DNA of 64,000 nt, from NCBI GenBank assembly GCA_030068145.1, contig JAPJBO010000148.1, forward strand, positions 144,409 through 208,408, read 5' to 3'. The translations under genes were made by a program, and so were the position numbers. The notes beneath the pieces are model-generated. The model was given only the letters and a program-made list of their open reading frames with translations. It was not told the DNA's origin and did no database searches. Origin of the DNA: Diplonema papillatum (lineage: Eukaryota). Shown piece after piece: positions 22,098 to 33,300 of this stretch (position 1 is the first letter of the stretch; the number at the start of each line of letters is the position of its first letter).

Positions 22098-22530
22098 GAA
22101 GGGAGTGCATGACTCCTTCTGTTGGATAATGAACCCGCGAGAAGCTGACCCTCGTTCTTTTCTCGTGCTGCAGGGAGTGCATGACTCCTTCTGTTGGATA
22201 ATGAACCCGCGAGAAGCTGACCCTCGTTCTTTTCTCGTGCTGCAGGGAGTGCATGACTCCTTCTGTTGGATAATGAACCCGCGAGAAGCTGACCCTCGTT
22301 CTTTTCTCGTGCTGCAGGGAGTGCATGACTCCTTCTGTTGGATAATGAACCCGCGAGAAGCTGACCCTCGTTCTTTTCTCGTGCTGCAGGGAGTGCATGA
22401 CTCCTTCTGTTGGATAATGAACCCGCGAGAAGCTGACCCTCGTTCTTTTCTCGTGCTGCAGGGAGTGCATGACTCCTTCTGTTGGATAATGAACCCGCGA
22501 GAAGCTGACCCTCGTTCTTTTCTCGTGCTG
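22098..22530. repeat. minisatellite, 60-bp unit x 7
   Basis: gggagtgcatgactccttctgttggataatgaacccgcgagaagctgaccctcgttcttttctcgtgctgca, perfect copies. Confidence 0.85.
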
Positions 22531-22599
22531 CGCTCGTGATCACCACCATTCCAAAGTTAGAGCTCAAAAGTGGGTCCTTTGGATGGGGGTGAACCTCAG

Positions 22600-22665
22600 T
22601 ATAACTGCCTCTCATGCATGTTTGATCTAGCACCAAGTCTTCCTCGAAGATGTTATTGGGGAGGG
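22600..22665 (+). repeat. family D element, copy 5 (partial)
   Basis: aactgcctctcatgcatgtttgatctagcaccaagtcttcctcgaagatg. Confidence 0.5.
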
Positions 22666-22769
22666 GACGTTGTTATCGGTGCGTGCTGGTTTTGAGGGAT
22701 AAGGAAAAGGTAGGACATCTTTTTGCGGTGGTCTGGTAGTTTGTGCTACCTCCGTTCTTTTTCACATTG

Positions 22770-22905
22770 GGGAGGTGGATTGCAAGAACGTGCTTGGAAT
22801 GGGTATGTGCCCAACACCGCACTGGTCCCGTCTGCGCCGTGTTTCGGTCCTTTGAGCCACGGACACGTAAGGCGGACCATCATCAGCGCGGAACCTGAGT
22901 GTCTG
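22770..22905 (+). mobile_element. SINE-like family A, copy 2 (3' truncated), preceded by a family E segment at 22700-22770
   Basis: ggattgcaagaacgtgcttggaatgggtatgtgcccaacaccgcactggtcccgtctgcgccgtgtttcggtcctttgagccacggacacgtaaggcggaccatcatcagcgcggaacctgagtgtctgc. Confidence 0.5.
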
Positions 22906-23169
22906 CTTGGGGAGGGGAGGGGCATACCTTTTTGATCAGCCTCGACGACACGATCTCCGGATCCGACATCGAATCGTTGTCCAGAGCCCGCTTCTTCGCG
23001 CCGAGCGCTTTGTTGATGACGGGCGGCGCGTAATCAGCATCAGCAGCCAGAGGCACGGCGATGTCAGGCACGTAATCGTCAGCCACGTCTGAGACCACCG
23101 GGAGAGGCGTGTAGGTGTCCTGCGGGTTTTGTTCGGCGGTGTGAGTCTGGTTATAGGAGGGGAGAATCT

Positions 23170-23250
23170 TCGTTTAATGTGTGCAGACAGAAAAGCGGTC
23201 TTTCACGCATGTTTGACGCTAGCATCTAGTCTTCGGGAGGGAAGCTTAGC
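23170..23250 (+). repeat. family D element, copy 6 (diverged); family E segment follows at 23320-23400
   Basis: cttcgtttaatgtgtgcagacag...tttcacgcatgtttgacgctagcatctagtcttcgggagggaagc. Confidence 0.4.
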
Positions 23251-23442
23251 TATATGTTGTCACGGGGTTTTCCAGGATTCGGGACTCCCAGCGTTATTTC
23301 CGTACGCGGGGGTCGTTGGTATTGGTGCTGGTTTTGAGGGATAAGGAAAAGGTAAGAAATCTTTTTGCGGTGGCCTCCGCTGGTCTGGTAGTTCTCTTCA
23401 AGCCTGGATGAGACATCCACGCTACCTATACCACCGCGTCCC

Positions 23443-24383
23443 CCTAGGCATAGGTGGCGGGCGAGTCGCGACTCCCTCGAGCCCCCAGACTCGCCTTTTA
23501 CTCGCCCAGACTCGCCCTAGGGCCCTCGAGCCCCCAAACTCGCCTTTTGACTCGCCCACTCGCCCCAGACTCGCCCTTGGGCCTCGAGCCCCGAAACTCG
23601 CCTTTTACTCGCCCAGACTCGCCCTAGGGCCCTCGAGCCCCCAAACTCGCCTTTTGACTCGCCCACTCGCCCCAGACTCTCCCTTGGGCCCTCGAGCCCC
23701 CAAACTCGCCTTTTACTCGCCCAGACTCGCCCTAGGGCCCTCGAGCCCCCAAACTCGCCTTTTGACTCGCCCACTCGCCCCAGACTCGCCCTTGGGCCTC
23801 GAGCCCCGAAACTCGCCTTTTGAATCGCCCACTCGCCCAGACTCGCCCTAGGGCCCTCGAGCCCCCAAACTCGCCTTTTGACTCGCCCACTCGCCCCAGA
23901 CTCTCCCTTGGGCCCTCGAGCCCCCAAACTCGCCTTTTACTCGCCAAGACTCGCCCTAGGGCCCTCGAGCCCCCAAACTCGCCTTTTGACTCGCCCACTC
24001 GCCCCAGACTCGCCCTTGGGCCCTCGAGCCCCCAAACTCGCCTTTTGACTCGCCCACTCGCCCAGACTCGCCCTAGGGCCCTCGAGCCCCCAAACTCGCC
24101 TTTTGACTCGCCCACTCGCCCAGACTCGCCCTAGGGCCCTCGAGCCCCCAAACTCGCCTTTTGACTCGCCCACTCGCCCCAGACTCGCCCTAGGGCCCTC
24201 GAGCCCCCAAACTCGCCTTTTGACTCGCCCACTCGCCCCAGACTCGCCCTAGGGCCCTCGAGCCCCCAAACTCGCCTTTTGAATCGCCCACTCGCCCAGA
24301 CTCGCACTTGGGCCCTCGAGCCCCCAAACTCGCCTTTTGACTCGCCCACTCGCCCCAAGCTCTCCCTTGAGCCCTAGACTCGC
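23443..24383 (+). repeat. satellite of actcgcc-type 59/51-bp monomers (111-bp higher-order unit), starting with the left inverted repeat cctaggcataggtggcgggcgagtcgcgactc
   Basis: ctcgagcccccaaactcgccttttgactcgcccactcgccccagactcgcccttgggcc alternates with ...ttttactcgcccagactcgccctagggcc. Track peptides repeat every 37 aa. Confidence 0.8.
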
Positions 24384-25375
24384 CCTAGGCATACATCCGA
24401 TACGACTCGCATTCTCGCATATTCTCGTATTGGGGGGCCGCGGCCCCGATTCTCGCAAAATTCTCGCATATTCTCGCAATTCTCGCATATTCTCGCACGT
24501 GCGAGAATATGCGAGAATGAGGTTACTCAGAGTACGGGATGCTTGAACATGAGAAACCGGCAGGAATCAACGTTTTAGGTCGTCGCCAAGGCTTCCGCGG
24601 CGCATTTTGCCGCCACTGGGCCTCCGAACTTCTTCAGCTGATGCTTCCTCTGTGTAGTGAACATTATTTTCTTCCTCTGTCTTCACTGCCACAGTTCGTT
24701 TCGTCTGTTCGTGGATGCAGGCTTTCAAAGCTGTTTATGAACTCGGGAACCAAATTTGCTTGTGCTATCAGCGTGTTGAGGATTAGGTCTCCTTGACTCG
24801 CTGTCGCTGGGCTCCCTAGATCCCAAGGGCTCGCGGAGCCTGCAACCTAATAATGCACCTGCAAAGGCGGCCCCGAGGCCAATATTCAAAATGCCCGTGC
24901 CTCCTAAGTCAGCGGCAACTGAATGGAAGCCGCCAGCTTCACGAAACAAGCTGTGGCAGAGGAAATCGTAGAAGAAAACACAAGAAGCCGCAGCTGGAGA
25001 AGTTGCAGGCACAGTGGCGGACGGAGCACTTGTTGTGAAGCGTGTTTTCGACCAATACTCAAGCATTGAAGCAATACCATGGAGCAACCAGGGTTGTTGT
25101 TGACAACATCTTGTGTTGAGGTGTCCTTGTCTTGAAAGCAACACCATGCCAGCTGCAAAACTGCAGTTGGCATAGCCTTATTTCGTTGTTTTGCTATCTC
25201 CACTTGGTATTCCTGTCGGAGCCTCGAATACGGGTCAAATACATGGTTCTTCAGTGGTTTACACATTCTCGCATTTCACTCGTATCATTCTCGCATATGC
25301 GAGAATTTCATGCGAGAATGCGAGAATCATTCTCGCATACGAGTCGGATCGGATGTATGCCTAGGGCCCTCGAGC
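24384..25375. mobile_element. non-autonomous TIR DNA-transposon-like element (~990 bp, MITE-like) inserted in the satellite
   Basis: Perfect palindromic termini cctaggcata...tatgcctagg. The left end cctaggcatacatccgatacgactcgcattctcgcatattctcg is nearly the reverse complement of the right end cattctcgcatacgagtcggatcggatgtatgcctagg. Both ends carry multiple subterminal attctcgca / tgcgagaat repeats (24400-24530 and 25262-25345). The satellite resumes immediately after. The internal ORF (24725..25147) has no recognisable transposase motifs. Confidence 0.55.
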
Positions 25376-25921
25376 CCCCAAACTCGCCTTTTGACTCGCC
25401 CACTCGCCCCACACTCGCCCCACACTCGCCCCAGACTCGCCCCCACTCGCCCCACACTCGCCCCACACTCGCCCCAGACTCGCCCCACACTCGCCCCACA
25501 CTCGCCCCACACTCGCCCCACACTCGCCCCAGACTCGCCCCACACTCGCCCCACACTCGCCCCACACTCGCCCCACACTCGCCCCACACTCGCCCCACAC
25601 TCGCCCCACACTCGCCCCACACTCGCCCCACGACTCGCCCCACACTCGCCCCAGACTCGCCCCACACTCGCCCACACTCGCCCCACACTCGCCCCACACT
25701 CGCCCCACACTCGCCCCACACTCGCCCCACACTCGCCCCACACTCGCCCCACACTCGCCCCACACTCGCCCCAACTCGCCCCACACTCGCCCCACACTCG
25801 CCCCACACTCGCCCCACACTCGCCCCACACTCGCCCCCACACTCGCCCCACACTCGCCCCACACTCGCCCCACACTCGCCCCACACTCGCCCAACTCGCC
25901 CCAGACTCGCCCCAACTCGCC
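25376..25921 (+). repeat. satellite continuing, collapsing to a 10-bp unit (cacactcgcc)n x ~50
   Basis: ccacactcgccccacactcgcc... with occasional cagactcgcc variants. Confidence 0.85.
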
Positions 25922-26417
25922 CTCCGTGGACCATGGTGACGCACGTCGAAGAGCGCACTTCGCCTCGATTCCGACCTGTTTTGCCGCTGCCACCGTGCTC
26001 ATCGGCTGCCGATCCTGTTACGGCGCATGAACACAAGCGCAGGAGAAGAGGTAGGGTTGAGAAAATCTTGATGTTTGGCAGAATACTGCCTAGTGTGCTG
26101 AACGTCATCCCTCACACAATGCACATGTCGGGAGCTTCCAGGTCGTCACGTCGGCGTCGTTGTCGTCGTCATCAGCGACCAATGCGTCATCATCATGCAT
26201 CCGCAGAAACAGTCGGCTGACGAATGTCTGCGGATCCATGGTTGCAGCGTATCTTCTCCATGGCGTTCGTCACCGAGAAGACGCTGTCGACCCCGTCACG
26301 CTTAGCTGTGCGGCCAGCACCGCCGTGATGTGGGTCGACAGCGCGGGAAACTTATCTGCTGCCGTTCCCCCCCAACACGTGTTTCTCCACCATAATGGGG
26401 GTTATTCTTTTGGGCGA

Positions 26418-26640
26418 CGGGGTATTTGCCGAGATTTTTGTGGTTAAATCCCGCACCTGAGTGGGTCGGAGAAGGCACAAAAAGTTGACCCTGTATGGTA
26501 TGCCGAGATTTTTGTGGTTAAATCCCGCACCTGAGTGGGTCGGAGAAGGCACAAGAAATTGACCCTGTATGGTATGCCGAGATTTTGTGGTTAAATCCCG
26601 CCGGAGAAGGCACAAGAAATTGACCCTGGACGGTACTGAG
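26418..26640. repeat. tandem repeat, ~74-bp unit x 3
   Basis: tatgccgagatttttgtggttaaatcccgcacctgagtgggtcggagaaggcacaa.aa.ttgaccctgtatgg. Confidence 0.7.
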
Positions 26641-26729
26641 GGCGAGTGAAGGGCGAGCGAGGGCGAGTGACAGGGCGAGCGAAGACGAGTCTGGGGCGAG
26701 TCGTGACTCGCCCGCCACCTATGCCTAGG
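26641..26729 (-). repeat. inverse-orientation actcgcc-type monomers plus the right inverted repeat (partner of 23443-23474)
   Basis: gggcgagtgaagggcgagcgagggcgagtgacagggcgagc...gagtcgtgactcgcccgccacctatgcctagg is the reverse complement of cctaggcataggtggcgggcgagtc.cgactc at 23443-23474. Confidence 0.6.
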
Positions 26730-26990
26730 CATAGCGGCCAAACGATTCGCATTATCGCATATTATCGCATTTGGGATTTCTGGGGCGAGTCGTGACTCGC
26801 CCGCCACCTATGCCTAGGCATAGTGGCCTATGCCTTTCGCATTATCGCATATTATCGCATTTGGGATTTTTGGGGCGAGTCGTGACTCGCCCGCCACCTA
26901 TGCCTAGGCATAGTGGCCAAACGATTCGCATTATCGCATATTATCGCATTTGGGATTTTTGGCACCAATTGTAGCATTTTCATTCGCATT
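26700..26990. repeat. tandem repeat, ~90-bp unit x 3, each unit containing the palindrome tatgcctaggcata and attatcgca subrepeats
   Basis: ggggcgagtcgtgactcgcccgccacctatgcctaggcatagtggccaaacgattcgcattatcgcatattatcgcatttgggattttt x3. Confidence 0.7.
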
Positions 26991-27119
26991 CTCACACGCT
27001 TAAAACCTGGGCAAATACAGTACTACGGACTATCGCGTATTCTCGCACGCCGATTATATCCGTTGAGCTTTGTGCGATGATGCGATAATTATGATCGCAT
27101 GCGAATCGTTTGACCACTA
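26915..27119. mobile_element. possible ~205-bp MITE with ~26-bp TIRs
   Basis: Left end ggcatagtggccaaacgattcgcat...; right end ...atgcgaatcgtttgaccactatgcc is its reverse complement. atcgca-type subterminal repeats. No clear TSD. Confidence 0.35.
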
Positions 27120-27134
27120 TGCCGAGGAAACACC

Positions 27135-27175
27135 GTGTGTTTGGGGTGCAAGAACGTGCTTGGAATAGTCGGGTG
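27135..27175 (+). repeat. short fragment of SINE-like family A
   Basis: ggggtgcaagaacgtgcttggaatagtcgggtg. Confidence 0.3.
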
Positions 27176-27824
27176 TTCGACGCCGGTCCTATGTCTGCAC
27201 GTGTTTATTTAGAGAGGGCAACACCACAACTCCAACCCGGTCAGATTTCTGTAGAACGCATGCGCCTGCGAGTAACGGCGCATTTCCGGAATTTTCCCTC
27301 GATAAGTCGCAAGACTGGTAAAGATCGCACACCTCCACAGGTCGCTGGCGCACCGGCACTGCGGCAGGCATTCTGGGCGGGGCGATGGCCGTGGCGACAG
27401 GGAGGTCATACCGGGAACGCTTGCCCGTCGGCTGCGAGGTGGGTGGGTGTGTGCGTTCAAGCTCAGTTGTGGTTGTATAAGCCCATGTATTCGCCTTTTT
27501 TAGAGTTAAAGTTCGCTTGAAATTCCGGGGGTTTAGGGTCTCCGTGTGACCGTTCATGAAAGGGTTCTCTTAGAGCAAGAAAGGGCTGTATGGTTGCATA
27601 TTTAGTGCACGCATTCGTTGTGGGTTATGGCTAGCCATGTCCGGGACTGTTTGTGACCGACACCCCCCAAGTTTTTTTACGTTACTGCCGAGGCTCCTGC
27701 CGCCCGCCCGTGATGATTACTCATTGTGCGGAGCTTTGTCTGGCAAGGGCGTTTTGCCCCATGGTATACATGTTGCTGGCCACAGCATCTTTCCGGGGAG
27801 CAGCCGTGTGTATGTGTGTGTGTG

Positions 27825-28315
27825 GTTTAAGTTCGGGACTCTGAGTGGGTAACGTCCGAAGCGAAGTATAGCCCACTTGTCACTTTCACCAGTCAGCTTT
27901 GAGTTTCCGACACGCTGCTTTTGGGTCCTGTGACTCCTCTCCGAAGGGTCGGTGGGGCGGGATCCTTCGGGGGACGGATTAGAGCATGGGAGGCTGTCAG
28001 CTTCTCCATCCGGCACTCGGCCCAAGACTTCTGTTTTCATCTTGCGGTGTTAGCTGCACGGGGGATTTGGCCCCGTGCAACAGCTGAGTGTCTTCACATC
28101 TCACCCGAGGTTTCTTGTCATTCAACCCAGACTGAACCGAGGAAAATCTGACGAATCAGAGATTCCCCAATACCAGAGATTGATACATGATCATTCTAAT
28201 CATTCTTAAGCTTTCAAAGGGGCAGTCCTCGATCGTATCTCTACGACCGATAGCTTTCCTCGATTGCCTTTTTGTATTTCACCAGGATGTGGCAAGCTCT
28301 CTCTGTACAATGAGC
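27825..28315 (+). repeat. dispersed repeat family B, copy 2 (carries internal insertions)
   Basis: Same sequence as 3335-3605 but with a ~190-bp insertion (28085-28280) before the shared end (caccaggatgtggcaagctctctctgtacaatgagc). Confidence 0.55.
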
Positions 28316-29868
28316 ATAATGAGGGAAGGGCAAGCTTCGGCTTGCGGCTAGGGTGCATATAAGTCGATCTTTGCGGCTAGGGTGCACGGGAAGCGTTGTT
28401 CAGGTTGAACTTTTGAAAGCATGCTAATGCTTTTTAGCGTTTATTGCGGTTTCGAGGTTCGGTGCTTGGTTCGGTGCTTGGTTCGGTGGTTTAGGGTCAC
28501 CAGTTGACCATTGAGGCTGGGAGGCGGGTAGTACGAGGGATGTAGGCACGAATCCACACTTTAACTACGGCTAGCCAAGTTTGTAAGTGTTGCGACCGAC
28601 ACCAGCAGAGGGTGCAGTGGTCGGAGCAAGCTTGAACGTGGCAGGTCGGTGCCGCACAAATGAGTTGGTCGATGTACTTCAGCGCATTAACCTTGCGCAA
28701 TAAATGCTAAAAAAAGGAGAAACGGTTCATACCTGCGCGAGCTCTGTCGCCTGAGGCAAGGAGTCGATGTCGATGGGCTTTGCTACCGGAATATCAGGCG
28801 CGGAACGGGCAGCCGCTCCGGGGACCTGTGTGCGTTGGACGGAGTTGACACAATACTCGAGGGGCCGCGGTACCCCCGAAAACCAGCAAAATCGTTTTGT
28901 TTGTGCGTGCCGGGTGATCGTTTTCCCCGTTTTACCCTGTGTATATTCAGGTGAGGAATTCTGATCAACCACCAAAACACGCTGCCTTCGTCTTTTTAGC
29001 CTGCACAATACATTGAAGGGCAACCCGCAAGATTGTTAGTACTAAATTAATTGCCAATTCATGATCCTGTACTCCTGGCGTGTTTCTGGGAGGGTTCTGT
29101 GTAATTCCTGGGCTCAAAACCCCCGGTTTGCAACTGTCACGTTTTTTTTTTTTTCACCCCTAGGCAGGGGTTTTTCCACTCACCAGTTTCGGGCCAAACC
29201 CGTGATGAAAAATAATTTCACTCCGGCAGAAAAGTTTTTCTGCCGGTGTGGTGTGGTGTGGGTGCCAGTCGACACGTGCCTGTGTCTGTCTGTGTGTGGT
29301 ACGCGTCGTTGACCTCGTAGCCCCATAAGCGGGGGTCCCTCTGGCCCTTCACCCCACTCAAGTTTGGGGTGCTAGCTCACTCCCTACCCTCTTGCTCCTC
29401 TTCAGATCAAGCAGGAAACGGATTCAGAGAACATGCAGAACAGCTACACATGATGCCGTGAACGATGTAAGTAGAAGATGTAAGTAGAAATCACAAAGGG
29501 TTCATGCTGAAAGGCCAATTTTGCGCCTCTTGCGCTTAGCTCCTTCCGGGGCGTTGTCGAGATCGCCAGCAAGGTACATGGTCCGCAGGGTCACGGCCGA
29601 CAATCCCTGAGCAAACAGGTCTATCACTTCCTCGGCAGTTTCGTCGCTCATTTCCTTGTTGTCGGCATCAACAATGCGGAACATGGCCCAGAGTGTCGTG
29701 TTCAACAAGCGGTTTCGTAGCGGTTTCGTTGAATCCGGTCGTCAAATCCGGACACGACTAGCCTACCCGAAGGCAGTTGATTTCTTTAGGCGAGGTTTCT
29801 CTACCGGCGGAAGTTGTTTGGGTTAGCGTTTTTTTTTGTGTTACCGTCGATCCCGAAGGACGATCAGA

Positions 29869-29995
29869 GTTTTTTTTCTTTTTTTTTTTTTTCTCCTTCC
29901 GTTCAGGGATTTATATAGCTTTTGCTCCTCTGAAGAAAAGTCCTTTTTCCCCTCGGGGTCCTGTCCCGGATCCAAAATTAATTAGAATTGGTAGT
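29869..29995 (-). mobile_element. 3' terminal fragment of a LINE-like retroelement with a poly(A) tail (T-run on plus, 29869-29892)
   Basis: gagttttttttctttttttttttttctccttccgttcagggatttatatagcttttgctcctctgaagaaaagtcct...cctcggggtcctgtcccggatccaaaattaattagaattggtagtcaac is about 85% identical to 33197-33300. A repeat-F segment (gaggtttctctaccggcggaagttgtttgggt) lies at 29755-29870 and is also found at 40260-40340. Confidence 0.5.
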
Positions 29996-30310
29996 CAACA
30001 GGCACCGTGCCAGCCCAGCCCAGCCCAGCCCAACAACTCCAGCCCAATAACCCAGCCCAGCCCAGTCCAACATACCAGCCCAGCCCAGCCCAGCCCAGCC
30101 CAACAACTCAGCCCAGCCCAGCCCAGCAACTCCAGCCCAATAACCCAGCCCAGCCCAGTCCAACATACCAGCCCAGCCCAGCCCAGCCCAGCCCAACAAC
30201 TCAGCCCAGCCCAGCCCAATAACCAGCCCAGCCCAGTCCAACATACCAGCTCAGCCCAGCCAGCCCAGCCCAGCCCAGCCCAATAACCCAGCCCAGCCCA
30301 GTCCAACATA
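29995..30310. repeat. (cccag)n-based satellite with ~120-bp higher-order periodicity
   Basis: cccagcccagcccagcccaacaactccagcccaataacccagcccagcccagtccaacataccagcc... repeated. Confidence 0.8.
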
Positions 30311-30554
30311 CCAGCCCAACCTCAGAGCTTCTCTCCCTTCGGGATGAGCGTAACAAAGGCTGTATTTACTGCCTCTAGTACTGCTACTTCTGATAGCATG
30401 CTGTGAGCTTCTGTCGTCATGCTACCTCTGACCGCCCAGCTTGGAGTGAACGACACTGGAAAGAAGGGATGACGGTGTAGAAAAGGAAGCAACGACGATC
30501 AAGGGTCGCTGGGGGGGCGCTTGGTCCGCTTGGAAAAAGAGGTAGGCCGAAAGA

Positions 30555-32100
30555 CTAGACCAAAGACACAGGATTCTGCTCCCTGCGCGATCTCCAAGCC
30601 AGAATGGCCTTCGCCGCTTCGAAGTAGACCGAAATCTTCGCAAATTGCAGTCGTGTTCTTCGCACATTGGTGTACGAAATATTGTCATCGTCCTCTTCGC
30701 TCTCGTTACCTTCGGGCCTTGGAGGAGTCGCAAGGTACTCCCTCAGAAGCAAATCGAGGAACTCCTCTGTGATCTTCGGGGCGTTGTAAGACACAAACAG
30801 GCACATGCGGACAGTTTTGTTTGCAAGCCTGTTCCGAAGGTAGGTTCGGAGGAGCTTGACCTTTGAAAACAAGCGTTCAACAGATGCTGTTCCGAGGGGC
30901 AACACAAGGGCAATGCGAAGTAGGCGGGTAGTGTGGGGGTACTGTAATCGCAATGCCTGGTTGTTCAGGAATTCCTTGCAGTATTCTGTGAACGAAGTCT
31001 TGGGGGCACTTGCCTGTATTCGAGCAAACTCCACAAGGGCAGAAGGAAACTCCGTGCGGGTGTCGCTTATCGTACCCTCGTCAAAAAATGCGGGGGTCTC
31101 GGTTTCAGCCACCGTTCCTGCAGCGTTTTCAACGGCCATTGTTTTTTCGGTCCCGAAGTGGTCCAGGGCAGCTTCGAGCATTCCCTCGAGCGCCTCTAGG
31201 TTTCCCGGTTGGATGCGGGCAACAACTTCCGGTGTCGTTCCATGAAGGGAAACGTCTTGAAAAGCCCGCTTGAAGTGGCGACCACGGGGGTCAAATACCC
31301 CAAGGCCCTGCAGCCTGCAGGACCGGCAACCCGCTCAGCCTCTTGTCCACTGCCTTGATAAGAGAGTCGATGAACGTTTTTCCTATTTGCATGTGAAACT
31401 GCTCCACAAACTCGTGTGTGACGGATGGTGTTCCCCAGTCGGCAGGCTTCGCCCAGTTGATTTGCAAATGGCAGGAGCTGTACTCAGGAAACTTTGTTGG
31501 GCTATCCATTAGGGTCTTGAGCTCGTTCACATAGAACCCCTTTAGGTACCCAACCTCTGCCCAGCACAAGTCCGCACGTTGCAACTGGGCACTGAAGCGT
31601 GACAGGATAGGAGATGCAACTGAAAGAAGAAACAATGCAACGAGAACCGAATTATTAAGTTCGGTGCGCAATGCCTGTGCCTGCTCTTTCGCGTTCCCTT
31701 CACCGTGACAAGACAAGGAAAACACGGCGTGCATGCATGTCTTCAGCGTGGTCACGAGTGTGGATGCAGCTCGAAAATGTGACACCCAACGAGTGTCTCC
31801 CACTTCCACCAACTCGAGAGAGCGGAAAAAGAAAAAGTTATCCGCGACCTCATGCATGCGCCTGACATCCTCTTCGGCTTCTTTGAATGCACGCACCTTG
31901 GCCTGTGTGTCCCCCCTTCCGCGCCGAAAGTAGACAAACACATTTTTAACGAACGAGAAACAGGAAACAACCACAGGAATGTCGTCTCCGGCACTCACAC
32001 ATGCGAGGTTGAAAAGGTGCGCCAAACACCATACCCAAATTATAAAAGGGCACATGAAGCGACGCACATGCGAACAGGCGCCCTCATACAGGCCGCTCAT
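30555..32100 (-). pseudogene. hAT-superfamily transposase relic (N-terminally truncated; frame break between 31181 and 31291)
   Basis: Minus ORF 31291..32100 contains the hAT motifs ...VWCLAHLFNLA... (RCxAHxLNL block) and ...VGDTRWVSHFRAAS... (RW-S block). Minus ORF 30555..31181 contains a textbook hATC dimerisation domain (LRLQYPHTTRLLRIALVLPLGTASVERLFSKVKLLRTYLRNRLANKTVRMCLFVSYN). The ORF begins directly at the edge of the 43-bp satellite (32120), so the BED/DDE N-terminal part is missing. Confidence 0.65.
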
Positions 32101-32119
32101 GGCAGCGCAGCCGTCGGTA

Positions 32120-32989
32120 CAAATTTAATTAGAATTGGTAGTCAACGGCCAATTTCCGATCTCAAATTTAATTAGAATTGGTAGTCAACGTTCAATTTTG
32201 AATCCAAATTTAATTAGAATTGGTAGTCAACGTCCAATTTCCGATCTCAAATTTAATTAGAATTGGTAGTCAACGTTCAATTTTGAATCCAAATTTAATT
32301 AGAATTGGTAGTCAACGTCCAATTTCCGATCTCAAATTTAATTAGAATTGGTAGTCAACGTCCAATTTCCGATCTCAAATTTAATTAGAATTGGTAGTCA
32401 ACGTCCAATTTCCGATCTCAAATTTAATTAGAATTGGTAGTCAACGTTCAATTTTGAATCCAAATTTAATTAGAATTGGTAGTCAACGTCCAATTTCCGA
32501 TCTCAAATTTAATTAGAATTGGTAGTCAACGTCCAATTTTGATCCAAATTTAATTAGAATTGGTAGTCAACGTTCAATTTTGAATCCAAATTTAATTAGA
32601 ATTGGTAGTCAACGTCCAATTTCCGATCTCAAATTTAATTAGAATTGGTAGTCAACGTTCAATTTTGAATCCAAATTTAATTAGAATTGGTAGTCAACAA
32701 TTTCCGATCTCAAATTTAATTAGAATTGGTAGTCAACGTTCAATTTTGAATCCAAATTTAATTAGAATTGGTAGTCAACGTCCAATTTCCGATCTCAAAT
32801 TTAATTAGAATTGGTAGCCAACGTTCAATTTTGAATCCAAATTTAATTAGAATTGGTAGTCAACAATTTCCGATCTCAAATTTAATTAGAATTGGTAGTC
32901 AACGTTCAATTTTGAATCCAAATTTAATTAGAATTGGTAGTCAACAATTTCCGATCTCAAATTTAATTAGACTTGGTAGTCAACGTCTC
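32120..32989. repeat. satellite, 42/43-bp monomers in two alternating variants (85-bp higher-order unit), array 1
   Basis: gtcaacgttcaattttgaatccaaatttaattagaattggta / gtcaacgtccaatttccgatctcaaatttaattagaattggta. Confidence 0.85.
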
Positions 32990-33184
32990 GCCTCCCACCA
33001 CCCCCTCTGGCCCTCCTGCCTCCTCTTTCCCCGCCTCCGTTTTACTCTTCCTGCCCCCATGGCTTCGCCATGGCTTTCGCCATGACTTCGCCATGGCTTC
33101 GCCATGGCTTCGTCCCTCACCCCCGCTGATCCCGGTTGGTAGTGACCCGGCCCTACCCCAACCCCCAGCCCAAAATTAAGTCAA
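32990..33184 (+). repeat. ~200-bp segment duplicated at 35083-35297 (contains the (catggcttcgc)n minirepeat)
   Basis: tctcgcctcccaccaccccct.tggccctcc...ccatggcttcgccatggctttcgccatgacttcgccatggcttcgccatggcttcgtccctcacccccgctgatcccggttggtagtgacccggccctaccccaacccccagcccaaaattaag. In both places it is followed by a LINE poly(A). Confidence 0.75.
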
Positions 33185-33300
33185 TTTTTTTTTTTTCGCG
33201 CTCGGGGTGCAGGGATTTATATAGCTTTTCCTCCTCTGCAGAAAAGTCCTTGTCGCCCTCGGGGTCCTGTGGTGGATCCAAAATTAATTAGAATTGGTAG
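33185..33300 (-). mobile_element. 3' terminal fragment of a LINE-like retroelement with a poly(A) tail (T-run 33185-33196)
   Basis: tttttttttttttcgcgctcggggtgcagggatttatatagcttttcctcctctgcagaaaagtcc...; shares the ccccgagcgcg(A)n terminus with the full-length LINE at 35298. Confidence 0.5.

Noticed and set aside
24725-25147. 140-aa ORF inside the 990-bp TIR element as a candidate transposase
   Set aside because: Too short, and it has no DDE or zinc-finger signatures. The element is better explained as non-autonomous.
25132-26220. 362-aa plus ORF (PTLAPHSPHTRPTLAP... repeat protein)
   Set aside because: It is translation of the (cacactcgcc)n decamer satellite in one frame, extended into unique sequence with no protein-like features.
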